DNA of 20,000 nucleotides. Source: Trichinella spiralis (Eukaryota). The notes below the pieces were generated by a model that worked only from the letters and a program-made list of their open reading frames with translations, was not told the DNA's origin and did no database searches. Below, in pieces: positions 1 through 11,483 of the stretch (position 1 is its first letter; the number at the start of each line of letters is the position of its first letter). Made by a program: the position numbers and the translations under genes. The stretch covers positions 3,372,023-3,392,022 of the forward strand of contig NW_003526941.1 of assembly GCF_000181795.1 (NCBI RefSeq). The letters run 5' to 3'.

Positions 1-61
1 ACCGTCAGAAAAACCCACTTCGTTCATGTCGGCATAAAAGCCAAGACTAGAATTTCCATAG

Positions 62-458
62 CGGCCGCCGGTTCTACTTTCATACATCACTTACGCAACC
101 AGGTTTGATTACCATCATCGTCCAGTTGACCGTCCATCTGACCGGTCATTCATCGGTCAAATTTTAACGCTCGAATTAAATACCCCATTGGTATGTAAGT
201 TTTTTCTTTTTCATTTGGTATATTTTTTTAATATTTAATTTCTTTTAAATTCATAGTTTTCAATTAAATGTTTAAAAATTTCTTTTCTTTAAAAGTTAGC
301 TAAATGTACATATTTTGAATGCTACTTTCAAATATATAGTAGTGTATGTTTGTTTGATTATTTATTATTGCTATTAGGACCAAGGACATTTGTCGGCTGA
401 CCATTCGGACAATGATCTATTACCAAGCGTATCTACGTTGAGGACAACCGCAGGCTAA
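62..458 (+). CDS. Probable last two coding exons of an unidentified gene entering from the left (62-190, 378-458)
   Basis: TTCCATAG acceptor ends at 61. The frame is open 62-190, followed by a GTATGT donor at 191, an AT-rich intron and a CTATTAG acceptor ending at 377. The phase-0 join reads ...LELNTPL/DQGHLSADHSDNDLLPSVSTLRTTAG*, with TAA at 456-458 and AATAAA at 461-466. No recognisable homology. Confidence 0.4.
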
Positions 459-618
459 ATAATAAACAAGTCTAAGAACTTCGGTCATTCAAATTATTTC
501 AAGCTAACTTGCACATTTTTATCACTGAATTAAAAATATTATATTTTTATTATAATATACCAGTGCGTAAGTATGCAGATGTGTATTTTATTTTATAATA
601 TCTGTGAAATATTTTTTT

Positions 619-3600
619 TTATAAATTCCGTGAATGTACTGTAGAAGATGATTGAATGGTTATGAATGATTTTATAATTGGAAAATCGACACGATAAATC
701 ACATCTGATATGAAACACAAAAGTGCGTGCTCTCCAAGCCGTTGTAGATCGTGAATTCCATCCATTTGATTATCCAAATCTACTTGACGAAGCATCATCT
801 TTTTTTCTAAATCCCACAGTTGTATCGATTGTTTCTGATTGACTGCAATTAAACCATCATCCAGGACGACAATCTGAGGAGTATCCAAACAAAAAGGTAT
901 AAATTTTTCTAGACTTTGCTTTATCTGACTAATCAATAGGCCGTCATACTTATCCCAGATCCAAATAATTTCAGACAGTGAATAGCCGACTAAAAATCTA
1001 CCCGTCAGTGCTAACGCAATTTCAGCTGAACAGCCAACACAGTCACGCTGAATCCAAACGAGTCGACCAAGTTTGCACAAATTCCATGCACAGATAACAC
1101 CATCCATGCAACAGCTGTATACAAACGTGTCCGTCAAACGATCAACTGCTACACTGATTACTGGTGAATTATGCCTGTGCATGCTAAATTCTACACAACC
1201 GGTGTTTAAATCGCAAACTTTCAATGTTTGATCCATACTAGCAGTGACTAATAGCGAATTGCAAACTGTCACGCAAGTTATTGTCATTTTATGGAGTTGA
1301 ACTGCTTTTATTTCAGTACACTGAATTCCATGTATGTTCAAAGATGAAATTGTTTTCAACTCCATAAAATGCAGTTTTCCATCTAGCAGTGCAAGAATAA
1401 GTCGATTTCCTTGCAAAACAATTGCAGTTATTCCAACATTTGAAGGTGCAACTTGAGAAAGAATACATCCTGTTCGGTTTATGTCATACAGAGAACAAAC
1501 GCCATTAGAATAGCCCAAAGCTAGAAGACTATTTTGACCACAGATGCACCATATATCGGCTGATTTCATAAAGTTATCCCAGGGCGGTTGGATTTTATCA
1601 ATAGGCTTGACCCTAAGAAGTGGTCGATTTAGTGGATGTTCTATTTGTCCGGTTCTAGAATTCCAAATGGTTACGTGATTGTCCACTGAAACGGACACTA
1701 CCCGATCATTCATGGCCAGTACAGCTTTGTAGTCTACGTGTTGTTTTTGAAAAGCTTTTGGTAAGGATTCAACGAAACAATTGCTATCTGTTGTTTGTCG
1801 AGTGGGAATTTTCCACAGTGCTGGCGGACGCTTGCCGTTTTCCGCACGAACGCCGAAACAAACATAAATTATAAATATTGCAACGGTTAGGAAAATGGCG
1901 CAGGTCAGTATCAAAATGGCGGTCAGTTTCACTTCAAGCCATGAAATGCGATTGCCAAACTGTGGTTCACCGGCGGCCAGAATGTTGCCGTGTTTCACAT
2001 TTTCAACGATTAATGGTTGAGCATCTCTAGCTTGACGCCTGACTGTTTGCACCAAGGAACGATTGACACGAGCTTGCAGTTCTACTGCGGGCAAAATGGT
2101 GACAAAACGTCTACTCACCGTTACTCCTTTCGATTCCAGAAGCTCAGCCCAACAGTGGAACAATTCCCAGTGAGGTTTTTCTTCTGGCAACTTTGTAGGC
2201 AAGCTTTCGCTTGGATTGAAGCATCGGTGTATACCGACGGCGAACCAAACAATCCAAACACTTATGGCTAGCATGAAAAAACGTTGGAAGTAGCGTGGTC
2301 GATTTCGACGAAGTAATTGTTCCAAGCAGTGTGGAATTGGGATTCGATGTAGAAAATCTACTCGACTGTTAGCATCAGCGTTGATGTTCACATTCGTATC
2401 AGCATCCTTCAGACAATCATTTAGTGAATAATATTCTAAAGCAAAATGCAATAGTCATTGTTGGTAAGTTACCGTCATAATTGCTTTGAATGTAGGGAAG
2501 TATTTCCTGTAATAAAGAAGCTTTAAGCTATGATTTAAATAATTTCTAATATAAAAGAAAATATTTAAAATAACCTTGAAAAAAAGTGAGATCATTTTGA
2601 AAATTTTTTCCTTACCAAACAGTGCATTAAACGCAGCTGGAAGTAGGGACTTAAAAGCATGCTTAAACGGGCAACATACTGACGGGTAGTGATCATCAGG
2701 GTAATTTTGTATAGTATTCCTCTCACCGAACTGAGCTCGGCTTAATCGAAGTTTGTCGTTAGGCCCGAAACGAGCTAAATCAAAAGTAAGACAAGGTACG
2801 TAGAAGAACAATTGCATGTAAAAATCAACTACAAAGCCCACAAGAGCTACTGTACAAAATTCGCTTATTTCAGGAACGTCACTGCAAAAACCGACTGCCA
2901 GTACACAAAAGCCGATTAGAAAATTTTTTGTAATCGACCATCCTTCGGATGCAAGGCCTCTGGCAAGTCGTATGTTTACTTCCAGGTGAACTGGAGTACT
3001 AACAACTGATCGAGTGATGCACAGTGTATTCTCTACGCCAACTATTAAAGCTAGATAAGGAAACAGTTCCACCAGCCAGGTTCGACGAATCAGAGAAAAG
3101 TGACTACAAATGCCGGCTGCCATCAACAACGAGAAGGCTACTGTACATCCAGCTCCGAATGCCAATGCCCATTTGCTTTTTACCATTTCAATTTTTTGAG
3201 CACACACATACAGATATAGCAGCAAAATTATGTACGATATGAAAAGCAGCATGTAATCCATCCATGTTTTCTTAATTTTGTATTGAACATGGATCAAGTC
3301 TGCTGCAGATTCACCTGCATCTGGTGCACTGAATTGATTGCGCAGTTGAATTAAGAAATCAGTTGTGTTCTGATCGGCAATTATCGTCAGTGCATAGCTG
3401 GAAAGTCTGATCGAATTGGGTACTCCGTAAAGCAAATCAAATTTGCAGGATCGTGTTGTTTTTATTTGTTCAAGAAAATGCCTGTCCATGAAAAAAAGTC
3501 GACGATTATGACACCAAATGCCAGTTGGAGAAAGCACCAGCAATCCTGCAGCGCTCTGTTCATGGCAGGTTTCCTCCTCTTTCGATGAATTAGGCAAGAG

Positions 3601-3984
3601 TGCTTTTATTTGATCATCAAGTTCAAATGCCATACTGTAAAAGCCACGTACTACATCTGTCATATCTGCACCGTTGCTGTCATCATAGAGTCGAACAACA
3701 ATTTGCAAAATCTGGGCAACAGGATACTTTTGATAAAGCCATGTCAGTTCATCTGGTTGCGGTGAAGCTGGCCAGCCGTGAGTTTTTACCAAAACGCAAG
3801 GTGACGGGTAAAACCAACGAACACGACTTAGTGGATATGACAACAGCAAAGCCATGCTTAAGCTGGTTATCAACGTGGCAAATGGATGACTAGAACAGAA
3901 GCGACCATATTTGTAATATGCATGTGTAACTCGTCTTTCGAGTATTTGCCAACGTCTTCGGACCATAACGCCTTTCCGCTGCAT
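619..3984 (-). CDS. SCAP: SREBP cleavage-activating protein (SCAP/SCP-1): sterol-sensing domain plus C-terminal WD40 repeats; exons 3984-2616 and 2435-619, ~1061 aa (in-frame upstream ATG at 4131 and downstream ATG at 3966 are alternatives)
   Basis: The N-terminus HAYYKYGRFCSSHP resembles the SCAP start (AFYNHGLLCASYP). The SSD segment YLYVCAQKIEMVKSKWALA...LFPYLALIVGVEN..ITRSVVSTPVHLEVNIRLARGLASEGWSITKN..EFCTVALVGFVVDFYMQLFF closely matches SCAP. The second ORF has TM7/8-like helices and WD40 repeats (LVTASMDQTLKVCD, SCCMDGVICAWN). One phase-1 intron 2615-2436 (GTAAGG...TTTGCTTTAG, 180 nt) removes the in-frame TGA at 2455 and joins the two ORFs as ...ALF-E-YYSLND. Confidence 0.95.
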
Positions 3985-5042
3985 TTCAACGCCACTTCTT
4001 TCATGAAACTGATAACAAACAGAACCTACAGATTGTTGTTTACCTGAAAACGAAGTGACAATCACGCTTTGATACTTCAAGTGATAGTAATTCATTGTTT
4101 CTCCACAGTTTTTCCGACTTCGATTATTCATTCATCAAGGTCAGTAAACAACAATTTGACAAAGCCAACACGAATTTTAAAGTTCTTTGCTTTCAATTCC
4201 AGCATTAAAAATTAACGTCACCTCCTGATTACTAGAAGTAAACCCTGCTGTCAGATTAAAGCCGATCAAATTGTGCACCTTTTGCGCGTGTTGGAAATTA
4301 AACCTTTCATCGAATGAATGTCTTTCAAATTGAACAATCGAGCATTACTCCAAATACTTCTGAAGAACAAAACTATTAAATTGCATTTATTGAGCATCAA
4401 ATGTATGACTAGATAAGTTAATCAATTGAGATTACACTTTTGATTGAACCAAATGAAATTTCCATAAATTTACAAATTTCAGTTGGCATAATTTTTTGAA
4501 TATTATTTTTTCAAAATAAACCAACAAAAACCAAATTTTGAAATAATAAGTGTTGCTTAACAAGCTGTCGCTCGGCAGTGCTAATGCGAACGAAACTGTA
4601 CTGTGTCGTTTATGATGCATTCAAAAATTAAAGCATCTATCTATCCATATTTTGGGCATACGTGCAACCAAGCACAAGGCAGCAAATGCACGGACCATTG
4701 AAAATTCATAAATTCTTGCTGAAATATTAAATATTAGGCTATTTACTGTTCAGCTGCATAGCATTCAGTTAAAATAATGATTATTTACTGCAAAATGATT
4801 TAAAAGTAAGAAACGTTTAATTTGTTATCCATGTATATATTAATTGATTTGTATGCCTTCACTTCTTAATATTATAATAAAATGCTGCAATAAATTAAGA
4901 AAATAACTTTCTATTGAAGATTTGAGCTTCAAAATTATTGAAAATTGCATTTTAAGTGATTTCAATTTAAGCAAATAAATATATTTGTAATGATGTTTTT
5001 GTTCTTGAAAATCATTTATACTGTTACAAAAGACGAGGTATG

Positions 5043-5065
5043 TGAATGAATGAATGAATGAATGA
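5043..5065 (+). repeat. (TGAA)5 microsatellite
   Basis: TGAATGAATGAATGAATGAATGA read directly. Confidence 0.9.
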
Positions 5066-5194
5066 TTTTGCTGTTTGTTTGATTTACGAGTTTGTGCAAC
5101 TATCAGGTCTGTCTATACTGATGTAAATAATAATGGATGGTTTGTGGTGAAAAGTTTTGTTGCGCAATAAAAGAAACTGTACAACGTAAGTGAT

Positions 5195-8100
5195 ATGGAC
5201 GGTTATCATCCTGAACGCCCGCCGAGACGAGCTGTTGTTAATCAGCCGCAGAAATATCAGCCTCTTCATTCTGTACAATAAAAGCATTTAAAAAAAATCC
5301 AAATTATCATTATTACTATTTGTCTCGTGTTGTAGGCTGGCTTATTGGTCGATGTGGTTAGAACGCTCACAACTAGGTGTGTAGATTTTTTTTCGCATTC
5401 TTCAATTTGATGGTCTTATTGCTTGTTCATTTGCTTGAAATTGCTACTATAGTTGACATGTCTCGGTGATTTATTGTATTTTTGTTTTGCAATAGTCCAT
5501 CGCAAGCGCAAAAGGAACTTCAAAAAGAAAAACTCGAGAAAGATTACGCCTCCACTTCGGAATCAATCAACCGTTTAATTGACGGTATTTGAAGTTGATT
5601 TTGGTTTAAATTGTACAAAGTTAAACATGTTTTTCTGTTATAATAGTCAAATGAAACAGTTGTTTATTGTTCCTATAAATTTGTTTCCTTTTTTTAATGC
5701 AGAACATCATGATGATTTGACTTTGGTGTTGCAATCATTTCGACGTCTCAGCACAAACGTTAAAAGTAAAACCATATCCAGTGTTGATGAAAAATGGTGA
5801 AGATGACAAGTCTTTTTTTTTCTTTTTATTCAGCTGCACGAGAACGAATTAGAATGGTGAAAAATAATTTGTCATCGTGTCAAATGTTGCTGAGGTGCAA
5901 GCGTGACGAGTTGAAAAAGCTTTGGCTCGAATCGGCCGAACACAAATACGTTGTGAAATTACTTGAGCAACTGTAAATATTTTTGCAGTATTTTTATTAT
6001 TGTATATTCAAAAAACTTCATATAATGTTTTATATTATCTTTCAGCGAGACTGTAAAATCATCGTACAGTGAAATGGTGGAATTTATGGAAAACAAGAAC
6101 TATTTGCATGCCGCGGAACTTCTTACAGTATCTCGTGAGTTTATTTTTCACTTTTGTAATTTGTAATTGATTTCTTTGTCGATCAACAGAAGCATTAATT
6201 AATTAATTAGTTGTTTCTGACTTGACCGAGATGCGAATTTGTAGATGTGATTATTGTGAATTGCAAATGCAAGTGTGTATGTAATTTTTGTAGAAATGAC
6301 ATTGGATGGCAATTTGAAAGAAATGGAAAGTTTGAAAGATTTGCGTTGCATGTTCGACGAATGCAGGCGTGCTTTGTTTGAAAAAATTATTTCCGAAATT
6401 AGTGAACAACTTTACAATAAGCCAGCGTTGGATGTACTGAACCAAGTGGGCCGAGCTGTTGCTGGTGGTGGTGGTAGTGGTGCTTTTGGTGGTGAATTGT
6501 CCAAAGTGAACGACTTGCCATTGGGTAATACGACGATCGATTACGCGTCCATTGTCAACCAGATACCGGTGCTCAGTGACAACGGCTGTTCGTTGGAAGA
6601 TCTGAAAGACGAGCATCGCTTCAACAAGCCGGTGCAGCGTTTGGCTACTTTGGTCGATGCACTCGGCTGGCTTGATCAGTTGCAAAAAGCTGCTGGAATA
6701 ATCGAAAGCCAAATGGACGACCGCCTGTGGACGGTGCTCGTCAACGGTACCACCAAATTCATCCGCGACCATTTGCACGGTTCGGCTAGCGCCACCGGCG
6801 ACTGTAGATCGTTGGCAGAATTGATGCGCTTGTTGTTTGTCCAATTTCGCGCTACCGCTTCCATATTCCAAGTGCTGGTCAAGCAGATGGAACGTGTCCA
6901 CCAGTACAGGGGTCGATTGTTGGACGATCACTTCGACGTGCCTTTGATTTGGGATCGAATTCAAGCGACAATGGAACGTCTGCTGGATCTGTACTTGCTA
7001 GATACCGATGTCAGTGGTGGTGGCAATGGCGGTGGACCGGGGCGGCGGCAACGGTGCCCGCGCGACGGGGCCGTTGCCATTGCCGTCGGCCCGCCCGAGT
7101 TGACGGAATCGGCGGAGATGAGCGTCTATTTCGCACGCAAGCCGACCACAGACCGTAGTACTGCTTGGCCGGCCCGTGGTCGTCGTCTGTTCAAGTTCGA
7201 CTCGACCGCGTTCGCCCAGGCTTACCGCGACGAGCAGCTAGCGGCCGGCCGGGAGGGCGGTGCCTTGACCGACCGGCCCGGTGAAACGCACACTTTGTGC
7301 CCGGCTGGCTTGGAAAATGCCAAGGCGGTCATTTTTCGGCTGACGTCCAAATTCATCGCCGAGGTCGAAAGGCACTTCAACCGGGGCGGCTGTTCCCACG
7401 CCGGTGGCCCGGCCGCTCGTTGCCGGCTTCGCATCCACTTCGACAACTACGTGCGCCGGATGTTGTTGCCCACTCTGAGCGCCCGGCTGTCGGACAAGGT
7501 GCGAACAGTGCTTCTCGACCGTGAGGACGCTTGGAGCCGTTCCGACCAGAACGCCGACGCCAAGTTCCAACTGCCGCCGTCGGCGGTTCCATTGCTGGTC
7601 AGCTCGTTGAAGACCCTGCACGCCTGCCGCGACGTGGAGACGGCCCTGCTGGCCGCGCCGGCGTTTTGTCGCGAATTTTTCCAACTCTGGCTCCAAGCCG
7701 TCCAACTGTACCGACAGGCCGCCGCCAGACAGTACGATCGGTTGACTTGCGCGACCGAACCAACTGCGCCAAAGCGAACCCACCCAAGAACCACCCAACC
7801 GGCCCAAGAAGCCGCCAACAGCGACAGACGACCGGGAAAAATCAGCTCCGCTTGGGCAATTGACGGCGACATCGGTCGTCTGTTGAAATCCCTACCCAAC
7901 TGGCAGCAATTGACTTCCCCGTCAGCAGCAGTTGACCAGTCGTCATGTTCGTCGGCCGTTGACCACAGCCCGTCGGCCGGCGACACGGCCGGATCCTCTT
8001 CTTCTTGTTACAGCGAACCTGCCGACGATCGTTCACGTCACGCCCGAGAGTCGGATATTTTGATCAGCAATCTTGGCACTCAAGCCAGAATTGAGCACAA

Positions 8101-9132
8101 CGAGCTCATACCGTTTGAACATCGGTTCGTTGTTCATATGACGATGTCGTTCTCCTCTCATGCAGAATATGCTGTAATTTTTTTGATTGGTTTTCAGCAA
8201 ATTCCAACTCATGGCCTGTTATCAAGAGTCGGTCGAATATTTTGCCAAGATCACTAAAGCTGCGGTAACGTCGTTGCCGCAGTCGGTGCGGACAAAGTTG
8301 AAAATTTTGCCGGACGCCGGCGTTGATGACCACCACCAGCAGGGCATTGTCGACGATCGTCCAAACGATGCTCAAGCTGAACCGTCAGAACCGTCCACAG
8401 AACTGTTGTCGTCGTCACTTTATGGCAACTTTATGCAGTGTCTGCAAAGCGTTGACCAGCTGGCCGCCAACTGTTTGCTGATGCTTCACCTCGAAGTTCG
8501 TGTTCATTGCTTCTATCATTTGCTGCCACTGTTTCAGCTAACCGCTTTTGTCGGATCGAATCAACAAATTGACCAACAAGTACGTAATTAGACGACGACA
8601 ACCAAAAATCAGTATTCTTAAAACGACTACTGTTTCGTTCGTCTAATTACAGGTAATCCATTTGAACAAAGATTTAATGCAGATGCACGATGCTCTTTCG
8701 GGATTCTTTCAACCATACAAATTGAAATATATATTCGAAGGATTGGGTCATTTGATTGCAGCAATATTCATATCCGCGTGTCAGAATATTTCTCGAATCA
8801 ACGATGCAGGCAAAAAAAGAATCTGCCGGGATATTTATACAATACAACAATGTTTGTCAAATTTGACCGGAGAACGTGAAGCCGATTTGGATCAGGCGAG
8901 AAAATTCTATCAACTCCTTTACAAATCACCGGACGATATTTTAAATTCAGTCGTCGAAAATGGACCTGAATTCACTTTACAGCAGTACAGTAATTTACTT
9001 GCGCTCGCTGTTCGATCGCACGCCAATTTGAGCAGCGAACCGGGTGCTTTGGAACAGCGCTTGACTCGTTTGAAAAATCTAACCAACGAAATGCGCAATT
9101 TGGAAAAAAACAAGAGCTCAACTCAAGAATGA
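5195..9132 (+). CDS. EXOC4: Exocyst complex component 4 (Sec8); exons 5195-5272, 5336-5376, 5496-5584, 5703-5765, 5834-5972, 6046-6134, 6294-8124, 8198-8579, 8653-9132 (3192 nt, 1063 aa)
   Basis: The spliced translation gives Sec8 hallmarks: GLLVDVVRTLTTS, VKNNLSSCQMLLRCKRDELKKLWLESAEHK, ISSAWAIDGDIGRLLKSLPNW, CLLMLHLEVRVHCFYHL, YIFEGLGHLI and READLDQARKFYQLLY. All introns are GT-AG and the phases are consistent. The first exon (weak GTACAA donor) and the donor at 8125 (alternative 8113) are the least certain parts. Confidence 0.96.
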
Positions 9133-9272
9133 ACAACATGCTCAATAATAACATATTATTATATTAAATATGAAAATGACTTTTTTTAATTACAATTAAT
9201 TCAAAAATTACTTTAATAATAGAAAGAAAACAATCACGTCACCATTAATTAAATAAATTAATCACAAGTGGG

Positions 9273-9573
9273 TTAAGATGCACTGCTGTTCGTGGCCTCT
9301 GCCAAAAGTTCCGGAGGCTTTGATGATTTCGGATGCTTATTTTCGAAATGCTGCCCGTAAGTTTTCAAATCCGGCATTTGCGACTGCAATTGTTCAATTT
9401 TTAAATCATCAAACTACTGTTCACCGAGTGTCACCTACCCGGCAGACAACGCACTGATAAATCAAACCTTTCTGAGCTGCCTTTTTATGATCCACTGCAG
9501 AACCCTTTTTTGCCTCTTGCTGTTTCTTCAAGTTTCTTTGCTGAGATTGCAATTTCTGTTGTCCACGAGCCAT
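9273..9573 (-). CDS. ZNF706: Zinc finger protein 706 (SERF/4F5-like N-terminus plus C2H2 finger), 81 aa; exons 9573-9439 and 9383-9273
   Basis: Translation is MARGQQKLQSQQRNLKKQQEAKKGSAVDHKKAAQKGLIYQCVVCR/SQMPDLKTYGQHFENKHPKSSKPPELLAEATNSSAS*, matching the ZNF706 signature MARGQQK..CxxC..QMPDxKTxxQHFExKHPK. A 55-nt GT-AG phase-0 intron spans 9438-9384. Confidence 0.95.
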
Positions 9574-9577
9574 TTGC

Positions 9578-9590
9578 CTTAAATCAAATT
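9578..9590 (-). promoter_or_regulatory. Splice or trans-splice acceptor 4 nt upstream of the ZNF706 ATG
   Basis: The minus strand reads ATTTGATTTAAG|GCAAATG. An acceptor just before the start codon is typical of nematode SL trans-splicing or a 5'UTR intron. Confidence 0.4.
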
Positions 9591-11267
9591 TGACAATAAT
9601 TAAAAATATTTCACTATGAAACGACTTTCCACACTGATACAATAATTTCTATTTTCATAAAGAAACAATCAATTTAAGCAACACCAAAACAACAACTCAT
9701 TTTCACTTGCTGGCAATACGGTAACTTTAATGATTGTCAAGCTTAAATATTTCAATAAATTCGAAGATGACGAATTTTATTATTGATTTCAAACTTTCAA
9801 ACAGTCATATCTATTTAACTGTGAAATTATTTATTTATTTATTTTTGACGAATTATTGTATTACCGAATTTTGAGAAATAAGATCGCTGAAGTAAATATG
9901 TAAACATCTACAATCAGACAAGCGATCACCGCCGAGAGAATTCACACGCTTATTGTGCAATCGGATTGATCAATTCTGATTTCTGGTTCTGCCATCGAAG
10001 CTGCGCATGTCACACCATCTATCGTCACTCTTTTGACTGGTCTCTGTTTTCCTGTATGGCAGTCTGTTGTTTTAAGAAATTTAAATTATTTTTTGCTTTG
10101 CTGAGATACTGATAAGCGCTAATCGTGTTCCACGCACTTTCATCAATTTTCGAAACATGTTTTCACCAAATGATAATTATTATATTATCTTAAATAAATA
10201 ACTTTATAATATGATACGGCAAATTGTGGTGATATGTGTTAGTGACCGTTTGTTTTGTTCTCAGTGTGTTTTTCACTGTACAGCCAAGTTAAAATGAAAT
10301 TGTTTGGTTTTTTACTCTTTTCATCGTAATTACTGTAAAATTACAGGAGATTATATATTGACAGGCAGGTTTAATTTATATTTTTTTTACTTGATCGTTT
10401 TGTTGTTGTACAGTAGTTACTGTAATGCAAGGTAGTAAGGCAGAAATTGTAAAGTGTATTGCCGTGAGCAATGTTATTTCATAAAATCTATACGCTATTA
10501 CGAATTGGAAACTAGATTATTCAACCTAAGGCAAAGTAGTTTTCTATTTGCATAATTTACTATTCACTCAGTTACTAATTTTCATTTTCATAGCTAGTTA
10601 TTCAGCGTATCGTCATGACGGCACGTGCTGAATTCCAGTTCTCTCCTTCAATTGTCATCTATAATTGAAAGGTATGCTATATTATATTGCCTGTGATATC
10701 CATCTGTGCTTTTATAGCATGGGAAATTTGCTTGCTATTTTTATGAATATACTAATATGCTGGTTGGAATTTGTCGATTGCCGTTTCGTTTTATTTTACA
10801 CGTTTTGATGCATTTTTGCATATCCACAATCTGTGGTCAACTGTATAAAACAAGCAACTAACAATCTGAATAAATAGCTAAAAAAATTCAGTATATTATT
10901 TTTATATATTCGTTTTAGACTTACTGTGTGCGGCAAGTGAATAATGACGTTTCAAATGGAAAACTAAACGCTTCCGTAAAAGTTTTTTGTTTTCATTTAT
11001 TGAAAACCACATAATTGAATAAAGTAACTCGTGCAGAATGTGGACCTCAACGATGAAGTATTTTCGGTAAGTTAAATTTTTTCAAATTTGAATTTTGAAT
11101 TGTTTAAAAACATAGCTGCTAATAGATGTTGATTCTCAAGATTAGTGAAATTTACAGCATATGTAGTGCGTAAAATTTGCTGAAATTTGACGTCTTAAGT
11201 AACGAACGTTTTAGATGTTCATTAATTAGAGTAGTGTATTTTCAAGTTATATTGTATTTCATTCATT

Positions 11268-11483
11268 TCATGTATTTTCAGGTTGTTTTGATATTTGAAG
11301 TTAAATAGAATTTTTTATTTCGCAATGCTGAGTTCAGGTGGAGAATCATTTTTCAATAACGTTTAATTTAGCAATCAAATCATGTATTTTCAAGTTGTTT
11401 TGATATTTGAAGTTAAATAGAATTTATTTCGCAATGCTGAGTTCAGGTGGAGAATCATTTTTCAAGAACAGTTTATTTAGCAA
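11268..11483 (+). repeat. Tandem direct duplication, ~112-bp period (11268-11374 and 11380-11483)
   Basis: TCATGTATTTTCArGTTGTTTTGATATTTGAAGTTAAATAGAATTT(TTT)ATTTCGCAATGCTGAGTTCAGGTGGAGAATCATTTTTCAA occurs twice with few differences. Confidence 0.92.

Noticed and set aside
2455..2457. In-frame TGA between the two SCAP ORFs as stop read-through, selenocysteine or a pseudogene lesion
   Set aside because: It lies inside a canonical phase-compatible GT-AG intron (2615-2436).
2017..3893. Short + strand ORFs (84, 72, 97 aa) opposite SCAP, and similar short ORFs at 4432-4620 and 5084-5287
   Set aside because: Short, mostly non-ATG starts, no homology or splice support.
4217..4226. Sterol regulatory element-like GTCACCTCCT upstream of SCAP
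   Set aside because: Only a loose match to ATCACCCCAC and expected by chance.
4540..4720. Possible ncRNA in the moderately GC-rich intergenic patch
   Set aside because: No tRNA, snRNA or snoRNA box pattern or convincing stem found by eye, so it is more likely promoter sequence.
6251..8375. Many antisense and alternate-frame ORFs (e.g. 237 aa, 189 aa, 179 aa) over sec-8
   Set aside because: Expected shadows of a GC-rich coding exon, with no recognisable domains.
6294..8480. Horizontal transfer or bacterial contamination suggested by high GC
   Set aside because: The segment is in frame with flanking AT-rich spliced exons and encodes eukaryote-specific Sec8 motifs.
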